Part shown: positions 1-9,748 of the stretch, in pieces
Layout of the letters: each line of letters begins with the position of its first letter
Numbering within the stretch: the stretch's first letter is position 1
From: Dehalococcoidia bacterium
GTDB taxonomy: Bacteria > Chloroflexota > Dehalococcoidia > Plut-88900
NCBI GenBank assembly: GCA_965197645.1
Contig: OZ240219.1
Span: forward strand, 3,040,001-3,104,000
Direction: 5' to 3'
DNA: 64,000 nucleotides
Position numbers and translations under genes: made by a program
The notes under the pieces: generated by a model
Databases searched by the model: none
What the model saw: the letters and a program-made list of their open reading frames with translations, nothing else
What the model was told of the DNA's origin: nothing

Positions 1-854
1 ATCCCGCCGACCTCCGGGACCCGCAGCAGGTGACGGTGAGGGTCGCTCCCAACCTGCTGGTCACCGGGCATCCCGACGGCACGGTGCGGCTGCCCCTGCC
101 GGAAGGCGAAGCGGCCACCGTCGAGATGTTCCTGTTCGACGACGAGCCCCGGGCTCCCGCCTACGGCGACCCCATGGTGGTGGAGATCAAGACCAGGGGC
201 CCGGAGGCGTTTCGGCGCTGGCGGACCCTGGGAGCGGAGCGCAGCCACCCGGCGTCGGTGGCCCAGGCCGCCTTCTACACCCTGGGCGCCTTCGGCGATC
301 TCCGGCCCGCAGTCATCGCCACGATGGACACGGGCAACCGGACCTGGGACCACGAGATCATCTCCGCAGCCAGGCTGGACCGGGCCCTGCTGGACGCCTG
401 CGCATGGCTGGGCGAGGTGGCCGGCCACCATTCCCAACGCGGGCCCGACCCGGATGCGCTGCCCGAGAGAGACTTCCCGGCCGGTTCCTGGCAGTGCAGG
501 TCGTGCCCCTTCCTGGACATCTGTCAGCCGGGGGCGGCCGAGGTTGTCGAAGAACCGGAGACCCAGGGAGAGGAGGTGACAGACGAAAAGGCACGGGACG
601 CGGTGGCGGCCTACGCAGAGGCCCGGGAGTCGATAAAGGGGCCCGAGAAGGCCAAGCGCACGGCGCTGGACACCCTGAGAGCGTGGATGTGCCGGCAGGG
701 CGACACCAAGGCGACCGTAGGCGGCAGGACGGTCAGCCTGGTGCAGACCAGGAAGTACTCCGTCAACTACCGGAGGCTGAACGAGCTGCTCGACCCCGGG
801 ACCAGGGCCGGAGTGGTGACGGAGAGCGAGTCGGAGTACGTTCGGATCAGCTAG
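1..854 (+). CDS. PD-(D/E)XK nuclease, Cas4/RecB-like (5' end probably outside window)
   Basis: Motifs GHPDG, EIKT and QAAFY, plus C-terminal CxxCx5C (CRSCPFLDIC). The frame is open to the window edge. Confidence 0.7.
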   Translation, partial: PADLRDPQQVTVRVAPNLLVTGHPDGTVRLPLPEGEAATVEMFLFDDEPRAPAYGDPMVVEIKTRGPEAFRRWRTLGAERSHPASVAQAAFYTLGAFGDLRPAVIATMDTGNRTWDHEIISAARLDRALLDACAWLGEVAGHHSQRGPDPDALPERDFPAGSWQCRSCPFLDICQPGAAEVVEEPETQGEEVTDEKARDAVAAYAEARESIKGPEKAKRTALDTLRAWMCRQGDTKATVGGRTVSLVQTRKYSVNYRRLNELLDPGTRAGVVTESESEYVRIS

Positions 855-879
855 ACACTCCCCCAACGGGAGCGCAGTA

Positions 880-914
880 CGGGGCCGTCATTCCTTCTAC
901 AGGGGGCGGCCCCG
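880..914. repeat. GC-rich hairpin element, copy 1 (upstream of ssb)
   Basis: CGGGGCCG...CGGCCCCG inverted repeat; homologous copy at 1394-1426. Confidence 0.6.
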
Positions 915-976
915 CTTTCGTCTCAAACGGGCGCGGGGACACCGCGTCACATCATTCCATACAGGAGGAGTTCGAA

Positions 977-1345
977 ATGGCAAAGACGATCAACAAGGTA
1001 GAGCTCTTGGGCAGAGTGGGAACGGACCCGGAGATGCAGTACACGCCCGGCGGCACCGCCGTCGCCAAGCTGCGGATGGCCACCGACCGCTACCGCAGGG
1101 ACGCGGAGGACGAGACCGACTGGCACAACATCGTGGTCTGGAGCAACACCGCCGAGGCGGTGAACGAGTACGTCGGGAAGGGTGACCGGATCTACGTGTC
1201 CGGCCGCCTCGTCCAGAACTCGTGGGAGGGCGACGACGGCCAGCGCCGCCACCGCACCGAGGTCCACGCCTCCGAGGTCGTGTTCCTCGACTCCCGCAAC
1301 GGGAACGGCGGCGACGGGCAGGCGGAGGACGCATCCCCCTTCTAG
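977..1345 (+). CDS. ssb: single-stranded DNA-binding protein
   Basis: NKVELLGRVGTDPE...TDWHNIVVW...GRL; acidic tail ending PF; GGAGGAG RBS before ATG 977. Confidence 0.95.
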   Translation: MAKTINKVELLGRVGTDPEMQYTPGGTAVAKLRMATDRYRRDAEDETDWHNIVVWSNTAEAVNEYVGKGDRIYVSGRLVQNSWEGDDGQRRHRTEVHASEVVFLDSRNGNGGDGQAEDASPF

Positions 1346-1393
1346 TCGGTCATTCCACAGACGCATTACGACGCCTTGCCAAAGGCGCAACGA

Positions 1394-1426
1394 CGGGGCC
1401 GCTTCCACCTACGGGAGGCGGCCCCG
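1394..1426. repeat. GC-rich hairpin element, copy 2 (between ssb and radC)
   Basis: CGGGGCCGCTTCC-loop-GGAGGCGGCCCCG. Confidence 0.6.
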
Positions 1427-1459
1427 CTGCTATTCCAACCGATAAAGAAGGAGGCCGGC

Positions 1460-2020
1460 ATGATCAGAAAGAAGAACACCAACAAGCAGACCAAGTCCCT
1501 TGTGGCCGACCCCAACCCCGCACCCAGCCCGGAGGGACGGGCGCTGCTGGACGCCCTGCGCAGCAACCTGAGCCTGCTGGGGGAGATAGCCATGCGCTAC
1601 GAGGTCGAGACCCAGCCGGAGCGCACCAATGAAGACCTGCCCTCCATCGGCTGCCCCGAGGACGTACGGCGCCTGCTGGCACCGGAGATGGCCCCGCTGG
1701 CCCAGGAGCAGCTCCGGGTGCTCCTCATGAACACCAAGAACAAGGTCGTGGGGCAGCGCGTCATCTACCAGGGCAACGTCTCATCGGCCGTTGTCAGGCC
1801 CGCCGAGGTGCTGCGCCCCGCCGTTACGGAGGCCGTCCGCAGCATCATCATCTGCCACAACCACCCCTCCCACGACCCCACTCCCAGCCCCGAGGACGCA
1901 CGTCTCACCGGGGACCTCGTGAAGGCGGCCAAGCTGCTGGGAATCGAGCTCCTCGATCACGTGGTCATCGGCGGGGGGCAGTTCGTCAGCCTCAAGGAAA
2001 GGGGGCTGATGTCCGGCTAG
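1460..2020 (+). CDS. radC: RadC-family JAB domain protein
   Basis: QEQLRVLLMNTKNKV; HNHPSHDPTPSPED; GIELLDHVVIG; RBS AAGGAGG. Confidence 0.9.
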   Translation: MIRKKNTNKQTKSLVADPNPAPSPEGRALLDALRSNLSLLGEIAMRYEVETQPERTNEDLPSIGCPEDVRRLLAPEMAPLAQEQLRVLLMNTKNKVVGQRVIYQGNVSSAVVRPAEVLRPAVTEAVRSIIICHNHPSHDPTPSPEDARLTGDLVKAAKLLGIELLDHVVIGGGQFVSLKERGLMSG

Positions 2021-2072
2021 GACTCGCCGGTGTATCAAGACGCAAGAAAACCAGGAGATAAAGGAGCAAGAC

Positions 2073-2402
2073 ATGACCGAGCGAGTAAAGGACGAGGACG
2101 TCAGGAACGCGCCCATCAGGTGGAAGATCCAGGGGGCCGGGATGGCCATGGCAGGCGGGTTCGTGGCCCTGGTGGACAGGGACTCTGACCCGTTCCCTTG
2201 CATGGTTTACAAGGGACCGGAGGAGGTCAGGAAGGCCCATGAGAGAGCGTGCCGGGAGACCTGGGCCACCGCATGGGTGCTGGAGGGTGACACCATGGAG
2301 GAGGCAAGGAAGGCCCTGGCGGAGTCCCGCTTCCTGGGGACCGTCTACCACCTGAGCGACCGTGAGCTCCTGGACGACCGTCCTGAGGAGCACGCGCCCT
2401 AA
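2073..2402 (+). CDS. hypothetical protein
   Basis: RBS AAGGAG; codon usage like its neighbours; co-oriented with the element backbone. Confidence 0.7.
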   Translation: MTERVKDEDVRNAPIRWKIQGAGMAMAGGFVALVDRDSDPFPCMVYKGPEEVRKAHERACRETWATAWVLEGDTMEEARKALAESRFLGTVYHLSDRELLDDRPEEHAP

Positions 2403-2493
2403 GGTAAGACGACACTCCGACCCCTATCCGGGGCCCACGCGGAGACACGTGCTCCCCGCGCATCGAATCAATCCACACCAAAAGGAGTTAGCA

Positions 2494-3120
2494 ATGCTCG
2501 CGACTCACAACATAGACCCGGAAGACCTGCACACCATCTCTGCCGGGGGCTTCTCTGCCACGGTGGACGCCTTCGCACGGGACGACCGCACTGAGGGTCT
2601 CTGGTTCGTCTCCATGGTCGGCTCCCAGACCGCGCTCAAGGCGATCTGGGCCTCGCTGCTCAAGCAGCCCCCCGACATTGCCCACATCAACAGGGGCGCC
2701 GACGGGATGCCCCTCTCCGGCGGCTACCAGCGGTGCGTCATCCCCTACGAGACCATCGGGACGTGGACAACCAAGATCGCAAGGCTCCCCGTCTCGGGGG
2801 GATGGCACGCCCTCGTATATACGAAGCAGGCGGAGTACGCCTTCGAGAAGGACTCCTTCCTGCTGCTGGCCCAGTCTACGGAGGAGGCCGCGGCGCTACA
2901 CCACCGCTTTCTCGACAAGCGCAGCCCGCTGCCCCTGCACGGCTCCTGGGCCGGCTGGCTCTGGGAGCGGGGCATCAGGGAGGAGGAGATAGTGCCTCTA
3001 CAGTCGGTGGGGGTATCGGCCTACCGGTGCTCCCCCAAGGCCGAGAAGCTCAGGGAGGACCTGTCTGCTGCCGTTGCGTCGGGTAGGCTCATTCTGCCCG
3101 GGGAGGTGTCCCATGGATAG
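2494..3120 (+). CDS. conserved ICE-type hypothetical protein
   Basis: RBS AAAGGAG before ATG 2494; lies upstream of the methylase-helicase pair; PLPLHGSWAGWLW motif. Confidence 0.7.
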   Translation: MLATHNIDPEDLHTISAGGFSATVDAFARDDRTEGLWFVSMVGSQTALKAIWASLLKQPPDIAHINRGADGMPLSGGYQRCVIPYETIGTWTTKIARLPVSGGWHALVYTKQAEYAFEKDSFLLLAQSTEEAAALHHRFLDKRSPLPLHGSWAGWLWERGIREEEIVPLQSVGVSAYRCSPKAEKLREDLSAAVASGRLILPGEVSHG

Positions 3121-3520
3121 AACGCTGAAGAGGGTCACATACCGCAACAGGCGGCGCATCCAGCGCAACTGGAAGGCGTGGCAGCTCTTCTCTCCCGACG
3201 GGGAGACCTGCCGCTTCTGCCCTCACGGGGCCGCCGACCACCTGACTTCGTCGGGGCAGCCCCACTTCTACCGGCCGGCAACGGAGGCGGAGTGGCGCGA
3301 CCCCTCGGTCACCCTCTACTACTACACCCTGCCGGGAGGTGGTTCCATGCTGGTCAAGAGGATGATCGTCGCCAACCGCACCGAGCTGATAACCGCCTAC
3401 TGCGCGGCCTGCGCAGAGAGCATGGGAACCTCCCAGGCGCTGTGCTTCCAGCGCAACCTGGCCATCGGAGAGCTGATCGGGCTACAGACCAACGACCAGG
3501 ACATCGAAGTCGCCGCCTGA
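3113..3520 (+). CDS. hypothetical protein, putative zinc-binding
   Basis: CRFCPH..H, CAAC and a further Cys; start overlaps the upstream stop; RBS GGAGG. Confidence 0.6.
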   Translation: MDRTLKRVTYRNRRRIQRNWKAWQLFSPDGETCRFCPHGAADHLTSSGQPHFYRPATEAEWRDPSVTLYYYTLPGGGSMLVKRMIVANRTELITAYCAACAESMGTSQALCFQRNLAIGELIGLQTNDQDIEVAA

Positions 3521-3549
3521 GGCGGCACACGAAAGAAAGGAGAAACGAC

Positions 3550-4587
3550 ATGAGACTCGCAGCCCAGGCGAAAGGGGGGTATTACCCCACTCCCCAGCGG
3601 GTGGTGGACCTGATCGCCGACCTGATTCGAACTCCCCCCGGCCGTTACCACCGGGACATGGAGACGCTGCGCATCCTCGACCCCTGCTGCGGGGCCGGGG
3701 ACGCCCTCCAGAGGCTGGCGGAGGGCCTCGACCGGCCCAACACCATCGCCATCAAGACCTACGGCGTGGAGCTGCACCGGGACCGGGCTGAGGACGCGGC
3801 GCGCCACCTCGACCGCACCCTGGCCTCGGACCTGTTCGCCACCTCCATAGCCAACGGGGCCTTCGGCCTGCTGTTTTTGAACCCTCCCTATGACTGGGAC
3901 TCGGAGGACAAGCGAGTCGAGCACGCCTTCCTGACCCACTGCACCCGCTACCTGGCCGAGAAGGGCCTCCTGGTCTTCATCGTCCCCAGGCAGCGCCTGG
4001 CGGTCTCGGCCCGCTACCTGTCCACCCACTACGAGCGGATGCGGTGCTGGGCCTTTCCGGCTCCCGAGCGGGAGGCCTTCGACCAGGTGGCGCTCTTCGG
4101 CTGCCGGAAGAAGGATCCGGTTCCCGACGCCTCCGCGGAGAGCATGGTGCTGGAGTGGTCCTACGGGGAGCCGGAGCCGCTGGACTCCTACACCTACCCG
4201 GAGTACACCCCGGCCACCACGCCGAGCGGAGACATCCTGTTCACCACCCGCACCGTCGATCCGGTGGCCGCGGCCGTAGAGGCCAGGCGGTCGGGGTTGT
4301 GGGCCAGCAAGGAGGTCACCGATACCCTGTGGCCGGTGAAGGACAGCCGCACCCGGCCCCTGATGCCCCTGAGACGGGGACACCTGGCGATGCTGGTGGC
4401 GGCGGGGTTCCTGGATAACCTGGTCCTGGAGGCCGAAGGGCGCCGCATCCTGGTCAAGGGGCGGACATCGAAGGAGATGGAGCTGGTGGAGGACTCCCCT
4501 GAGAAGGAGGTCCACCGGGAGAGGCTGATAACGACGGTGGTGGCCCTCGACCTGCACGGAGGCGAGATCACCGACATCGCGGCGTAG
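3550..4587 (+). CDS. DUF6094-type class I SAM-dependent DNA methyltransferase
   Basis: GYYPTP, ILDPCCGAG (SAM binding), FLNPPY (N6/N4 catalytic motif), RPLMPLRRGHLAML. Confidence 0.9.
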   Translation: MRLAAQAKGGYYPTPQRVVDLIADLIRTPPGRYHRDMETLRILDPCCGAGDALQRLAEGLDRPNTIAIKTYGVELHRDRAEDAARHLDRTLASDLFATSIANGAFGLLFLNPPYDWDSEDKRVEHAFLTHCTRYLAEKGLLVFIVPRQRLAVSARYLSTHYERMRCWAFPAPEREAFDQVALFGCRKKDPVPDASAESMVLEWSYGEPEPLDSYTYPEYTPATTPSGDILFTTRTVDPVAAAVEARRSGLWASKEVTDTLWPVKDSRTRPLMPLRRGHLAMLVAAGFLDNLVLEAEGRRILVKGRTSKEMELVEDSPEKEVHRERLITTVVALDLHGGEITDIAA

Positions 4588-4839
4588 ACGGCTTCCGTAT
4601 AGCCGCACACGACGAGGTCTGCCGCCGGCGACCTCGCACGACCTGGTGACACGGAACAAAAGCTACTTCAGAACCATGGGGAGGGCGCTCACGGCGCACC
4701 CCGGGACACCTCATGCGCCCTCCCTACTCCCCAGGGGGGAGTGGGCGTAGTGCGCCTTGCTCCAGGACCGCTCATGCGACTGGGGTAGGCGATAGGTGCT
4801 TCCGAGGCTCCGTGGATGTCCTCCCGAAAGGAGACATCC

Positions 4840-7024
4840 ATGAACCTCGGAGAGTTCATAGACAAGTTCAAGGAGGCGATAGCGCGACGGGTGGTGGAGT
4901 CCTACCCGCCCCTCTACCGCCCCTCGGAGAACGGCGGCACCCTGCCCCAACTGCTCCGGAAGCCCCTGGGGGCGCAGGCCGACGCCATCAGGGGCGCGGC
5001 CCTCTCGCTCTGGGCCCACCGGGGCACCACGGTAGTCGGCGAGATGGGCACGGGCAAGACCTTCATCGGAGCGGCCGCGGCCCACATGGCGGGGTTCAAG
5101 AGGATACTGGTCCTCTGCCCGCCTCACCTTACCAGGAAGTGGAAGCGGGAGGTGGAGCAGACGGTGCCGGGCGCACAGGCCGCCATCGTCGCGTCCATCA
5201 CAGACCTGGAGAGGCTCCGCCTCTCGGTGGGGACCGGCCCGCTGTTCGCGGTGATGTCCAGGGAGCGGGCCAAGCTCTCCTACCGCTGGAAGGCCGCCGT
5301 GATAGAGCGGTGGGCCGTCTCGGGCGGAACCGACGGCAAGCCGGCAAGGCTGGTGCGGGACGAAGAGACGGGCGAGCCCTTCCGCGTCCCCTGCTGCCCG
5401 GCCTGCACGGTGCAGATAGTGGACAGGGACGGCGTGCCCCTAACCGACGCCGACCTGAACCGTAGGAAGCACACCTGCGCTGCCTGCGGCTCCCCCCTCT
5501 GGCAGGCCGACGGGTCCGGCCCCAAGCGCTACCCTCTCAGCGACTACGTGAAGCACCACATGAGGGGCTTCTTCGACCTGCTCATCGGCGACGAGGTGCA
5601 CGAGTTCAAGGGACGAGGCTCCGCCCAGGGCATAGCGGCGGGCGTCCTCGCCGACGCCTGCGGCAGGTCCCTCAGCCTGACCGGGACCCTCCTCGGCGGC
5701 TACTCCTCCACCATCTTCCACCTGCTCTACAGGTTCTCACCCGAGATCAGGACGGAGTTCGGGCGCTCCGATGAGGGCCGCTGGATCAAGCGCTACGGCT
5801 TCGAGGAGCACACCATCGGCAAGCCCGACGACGATGCGCTGGAGGACGGAAGGTTCAGCCGCCGCCGCAAGTTCCGCAAGGTGGTGCGAGAGAGGCCCGG
5901 GCTGGTGCCATCGGCCCTCTTCCACATCATCCCCAACACCGTCTTCCTCCGCCTCTCCGACGTGGCCTCCGGGCTGCCCGACTACGAGGAGCGGATACTC
6001 CTGTCCTCGATGGACACCGAGGAGGACGCGACGGGCTACTCCCAGCGCACCGCCTACAACACGGTGTTCGAGGAGCTTCGCAAGGAGCTGGCCAGCGCGC
6101 TCAAGAGCGGTTCCAAGCGTCTGCTGGCGACCTACCTGCAGACCCTCCTGGCCTACCCAGAGGGCTGCACCAGGGGCGAGACGGTCTTCGATCCCAGGTC
6201 GGGGGACGTCATCGTGCAGGTGCCGCCCCTGTCGGAGGAGAGGCTCTACCCCAAGGAGAAGGCGCTGGTCGACCTGGTGGCCGCCGAGCGGATGGAAGGA
6301 AGGCGAGTGCTGGTCTACGCCACCCATACGGGCACCAGGGACATCACCGGGCGCATGGAGGAGATCCTCACCCGGCACGGCTTCCGGGTGGCGGTGATGA
6401 AGGCCGACGCGGTGGCCCCGGAGAAGCGGGAGGCCTGGGTTGCCGGCAGGGTCAAACAGGGCATCGACGTGATGGTCTGCCATCCCAGGCTGGTGCAGAC
6501 GGGCCTCGACCTCATCGACTTCCCCACCCTGGTCTGGTTCGAGACTGATTACAGTGTTTACGTGTCCAGGCAGGCCTCCCGCCGGTCGTGGCGCATCGGG
6601 CAGACCCTCCCGGTCAAGGTGGTGTTCATGTCCTACCGGAACACGCTGCAGGCCGACGCCCTGAAGCTGGTGGCCAAGAAGCTGCAGAGCTCCCTCGCCG
6701 TCGAGGGGGAGCTTCCGGAGGACGGGCTGGCCGCCTACGGGGACGACGGCGACGACCTGGTGATGGCCCTGGCCCGCAAGATCGTGAGCGGCGAGGAGCA
6801 GGCCGAGGCCGAAACGGTGGAGGAGGTGTTCGCCCAGGCGCGGAACGCCGAGGCCGACGGTCGAGGAGCCGCAGCAGTCGCTGTTCTCCTGGGCCGAGTT
6901 CATGGCCGAGGAGCCGGTGAAGCCGAAGCGCCGCAACGGGAAGCCCCAACCTGCAAGCCTCTCCATGTTCGAGTGGGCAATGGAGCAGGAGCGGGAGAAG
7001 GAGCCGGTCAGCGCAGCACGCTAG
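4840..7024 (+). CDS. SNF2/DEAD-like helicase, frameshifted near 6859 (native C-terminus in +1 frame, stop 7022-7024)
   Basis: GEMGTGKT, DEVH, LTGT, TGLDL, QASRRSWRIGQ, internal CxxC pairs. The +1 frame from 6860 reads VEEPQQSLFSWAEFMAEEP...*. Confidence 0.85.
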
Positions 7025-7122
7025 ACCGCATAGCACGGGAGAGGTCGCCGCCAACGGCGCGGCGGCCTCCCCGCAACCGTGGCATCGGAGCAAGACACCA
7101 ACGACTGAAAGGAGAACAACCA

Positions 7123-7329
7123 ATGGCACGAATCTTCGTATACGACGACCGCGAGTTCCCGGACCCCGACCCCCGGATGACCGTCGACCAGGTGAAGGCG
7201 ACGCTCTCGGATTTCTACGGCGAGATCGCCAACGCCTCGGTCAAGGAGACCAAGCGCGGCGAAGACACCGTCTACGAGTTCCAGCGCAGGGTGGGCACCA
7301 AGGGCGCCTTCACCCAGCCTCGGTGCTAG
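7123..7329 (+). CDS. PRTRC system protein C (prokaryotic ubiquitin-like)
   Basis: RIFVYDDREFPDPDPRMTVDQV..FYGEIANA..YEFQRRVGTKG; own RBS GAAAGGAG. Confidence 0.85.
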   Translation: MARIFVYDDREFPDPDPRMTVDQVKATLSDFYGEIANASVKETKRGEDTVYEFQRRVGTKGAFTQPRC

Positions 7330-7341
7330 GGAGGTAGTCCG

Positions 7342-7572
7342 ATGAACAACCGGACATTCGCCAGCCTGCTAGTGGCAACCCCGCCTGCGGGCCTCAGCAT
7401 CCTTGAGCTCACGGCGGAGCTCACGCGGCCCGACGGCTCCCTGGACCTGGACGCCGCGGCCTCCCGTCAGAAGGAGGTGGAGATGGCCTGCACCCAGACC
7501 CAGGACTACGCCGCGTCCACGGGACGCTTGCTGGAGGCGCTGAAATGGAAGCTGCGGCCCCGGCGCTCCTGA
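7342..7572 (+). CDS. small hypothetical protein in PRTRC operon
   Basis: RBS GGAGGT; operonic position. Confidence 0.65.
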   Translation: MNNRTFASLLVATPPAGLSILELTAELTRPDGSLDLDAAASRQKEVEMACTQTQDYAASTGRLLEALKWKLRPRRS

Positions 7573-8396
7573 GCGGCCTGGCGGGACTGCTCCTGCGGCG
7601 TCCGCCGTCGCTGCGGGAGCTGGTGACGCTGGCCGGCTACGCCGACGACTACGCATGGTTCGCGGGGCTGGTGCATCGCCTCTTCCCCAGAGAGGCGGAG
7701 TCGGCGCTTGCGGCCCCCGACGTGCGCACGAGGGTGGAGCGGTTCGCCAATCTCTTCGGAGAGCGGCACTTCCCCCTCTACATGCCGGTAATCGAGTTCT
7801 GGTCGGACGACGGGGACGACCCGCTCTGGTCCTGGCTGAGGCAGGGCATCCCCTTCGACCTGATGGGATTCGGCTACGACAGCCTGCACGAGCTGTGGCA
7901 CGGCTACCGCGAGGGCCTCTCCGTCATGCTCCTGCTGGCCAAACCCCCGGACTTTTTCTACGGGGAGTCCGACGAGATACGCGTGGCCTGGCTTGAATCT
8001 GCCGCCGAGCGCATCCCGCAAGAGACATTGGAGAGGATGCCCCAGGGCGGCATACCCCTGGACGCCCTGGCGGAGGCGTTGAAGGGCTCGAAGTTCGAGG
8101 GGGCGGCTCAGGCCGCCTCCTGGGTCTTCGCCGAGACCGGCAACTTCTTCTTGGACCATTCGTATGAGGATGGCAGCTACGACGGCTTCGCCGACCCCTG
8201 GGAGGATGAGGTCATCGCCGAGGGAGCCGAAGAGTGGCGCAAGGCCAAGGCCCTCATGGACTCGGTGTGCAAGCTGACCGACTGGCTGGAGGATGACCTC
8301 CCCGGCCGCTTCGCCGAAATGCTGGACTTCGTCCTGCCCCGCGTCTCCGAACGACAACAAGAACAAGGAAAGGAGGAAAGCGACCATGACGACTGA
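7545..8396 (+). CDS. acidic hypothetical protein (positional equivalent of PRTRC protein F)
   Basis: Long ORF between the Ubl and E2 genes; family assignment is by position only. Confidence 0.55.
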   Translation: MEAAAPALLSGLAGLLLRRPPSLRELVTLAGYADDYAWFAGLVHRLFPREAESALAAPDVRTRVERFANLFGERHFPLYMPVIEFWSDDGDDPLWSWLRQGIPFDLMGFGYDSLHELWHGYREGLSVMLLLAKPPDFFYGESDEIRVAWLESAAERIPQETLERMPQGGIPLDALAEALKGSKFEGAAQAASWVFAETGNFFLDHSYEDGSYDGFADPWEDEVIAEGAEEWRKAKALMDSVCKLTDWLEDDLPGRFAEMLDFVLPRVSERQQEQGKEESDHDD

Positions 8397-9096
8397 GGCT
8401 GAGAAGACCGTGTGGTCCCTTCCGGGCCCGGATGAAATACCCAGGGACAAGCTTCAGCTCCAGCTGGAGGTCTACGACGAGACTATCCTGCTGCGGGGCT
8501 TCGAGGGAGACTCCGCCTGGGTGAGGACTGTCTCTGCGGACGGGATCGCCAACGTCTTCACCCAACACCTGGAATTCTCCTCGGGGCTGCTGCCCCGGGA
8601 AGCCCTCTGGTGGAACCAGGGCGAGACCGGGCAGGTGGTGGCCCTGTGGAGGCCGCCCCAGGTCTGGCCGGTGGCCCTGCAACGGGAGGCGTTCAAGCCC
8701 CCCGCACGGCTCCGGCTTCCCATGCCGGGGCTGGTCTTCGTCTGCTCGCCGGGCCGCGCGCCCTGGGTCTACGCCGCGTTGGAGCGACCGACTCACTCCG
8801 ATGCGCATCTCTACCGGATGCCCGCCTTCAACGTCTTCGGCGACGGGCGGGTCTGCCCCGGAAGCCACCGGTTCCCCGAGGAGGTGGGACTGATACCCGA
8901 GTCCTTCTTCCAGTCCTACTTCTCCCTTACCGGAGACACGCACAACCGCTCGAAGAAGCACTCTGAAAACCTGCACGCGCTATGGGAGGAGATAGATGGA
9001 ACAACTGAGTACCCGGTTGAGGACCTTGTTCCCCAGTGCACGGTGGCCCACGCCATGGCGGTCTCCGAGGGGAGACGGGGCTATGGCTACCGCTAG
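8386..9096 (+). CDS. prokaryotic E2 family D protein (PRTRC protein B)
   Basis: LPMPGLVF; LYRMPAFNVFGDGRVCPG (catalytic Cys); FFQSYFS; RBS AAGGAGG. Confidence 0.85.
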   Translation: MTTEAEKTVWSLPGPDEIPRDKLQLQLEVYDETILLRGFEGDSAWVRTVSADGIANVFTQHLEFSSGLLPREALWWNQGETGQVVALWRPPQVWPVALQREAFKPPARLRLPMPGLVFVCSPGRAPWVYAALERPTHSDAHLYRMPAFNVFGDGRVCPGSHRFPEEVGLIPESFFQSYFSLTGDTHNRSKKHSENLHALWEEIDGTTEYPVEDLVPQCTVAHAMAVSEGRRGYGYR

Positions 9097-9748
9097 CGGC
9101 GGGCCTGCCGCGTCCGACCGACCGGCGCCGGTCGGCTATCTCGTCAATCACGAGGACGGGCTGACCGGTGCCCACGGCATCGGCTTCGACTACGTTCTGG
9201 GATCGGGCGGCCTCTACGTTCAATCCGAGAGCGCCCACCTGACAGCCCGCGTGCCGGTGGCCCCCTGCGAGGTTCGGGGACTCGCTCCCGTGGCCGAGAA
9301 GGTGGAGCTCTCCCACGGCCCCATCCCGTCGCAACTCTTCGAGCTGGGGCTGCACTGGTTCCGGGACGACCCCGACACCGAGCGGTTCTTCGCCGTGCGC
9401 TGGGACGGGCGTTCCTACCGGCTGGTGGTCCCGCCGCAGGCGGGGACTGCAACGAGACTCGCGTATCAGCCCCCCGCCGGGGTGGTCGCCGAGTTCCACT
9501 CCCACGGAAGCTCCCGCGCCTTCTTCTCGGTTACCGACGACCGGGACGAGCAGGGCTTCCGCATCTACGGCGTCGCCGGACGCCTCGACACCGACCGGCC
9601 AGCGCTGAGCCTGCGCGTGGGGGTCTACGGCCACTTCGCCCCGCTGGACTGGCCGCAGGTGTTCGACGGCCCTAACCCCGGCGTCCGGCTCATCGACGCC
9701 GAGCCGGAATTGCCAGACGCACCAATCAAAGAACAAGGAGGTGATTGA
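9083..9748 (+). CDS. prokaryotic JAB/Mov34 metallo-isopeptidase (PRTRC protein A)
   Basis: EFHSHGSSRAFFSVTDDRDE JAB motif; IYGVAGRL; LRVGVYGHF. Confidence 0.88.
   Translation: MATASGGPAASDRPAPVGYLVNHEDGLTGAHGIGFDYVLGSGGLYVQSESAHLTARVPVAPCEVRGLAPVAEKVELSHGPIPSQLFELGLHWFRDDPDTERFFAVRWDGRSYRLVVPPQAGTATRLAYQPPAGVVAEFHSHGSSRAFFSVTDDRDEQGFRIYGVAGRLDTDRPALSLRVGVYGHFAPLDWPQVFDGPNPGVRLIDAEPELPDAPIKEQGGD

Noticed and set aside
404-976. N-terminal extension of ssb (313-aa ORF)
   Set aside because: It overlaps the nuclease gene; the real start is ATG 977 behind a strong RBS.
3397-6966. Long antisense ORFs (3397-4659, 5737-6966 and similar)
   Set aside because: These are typical high-GC shadows of well-supported plus-strand genes.
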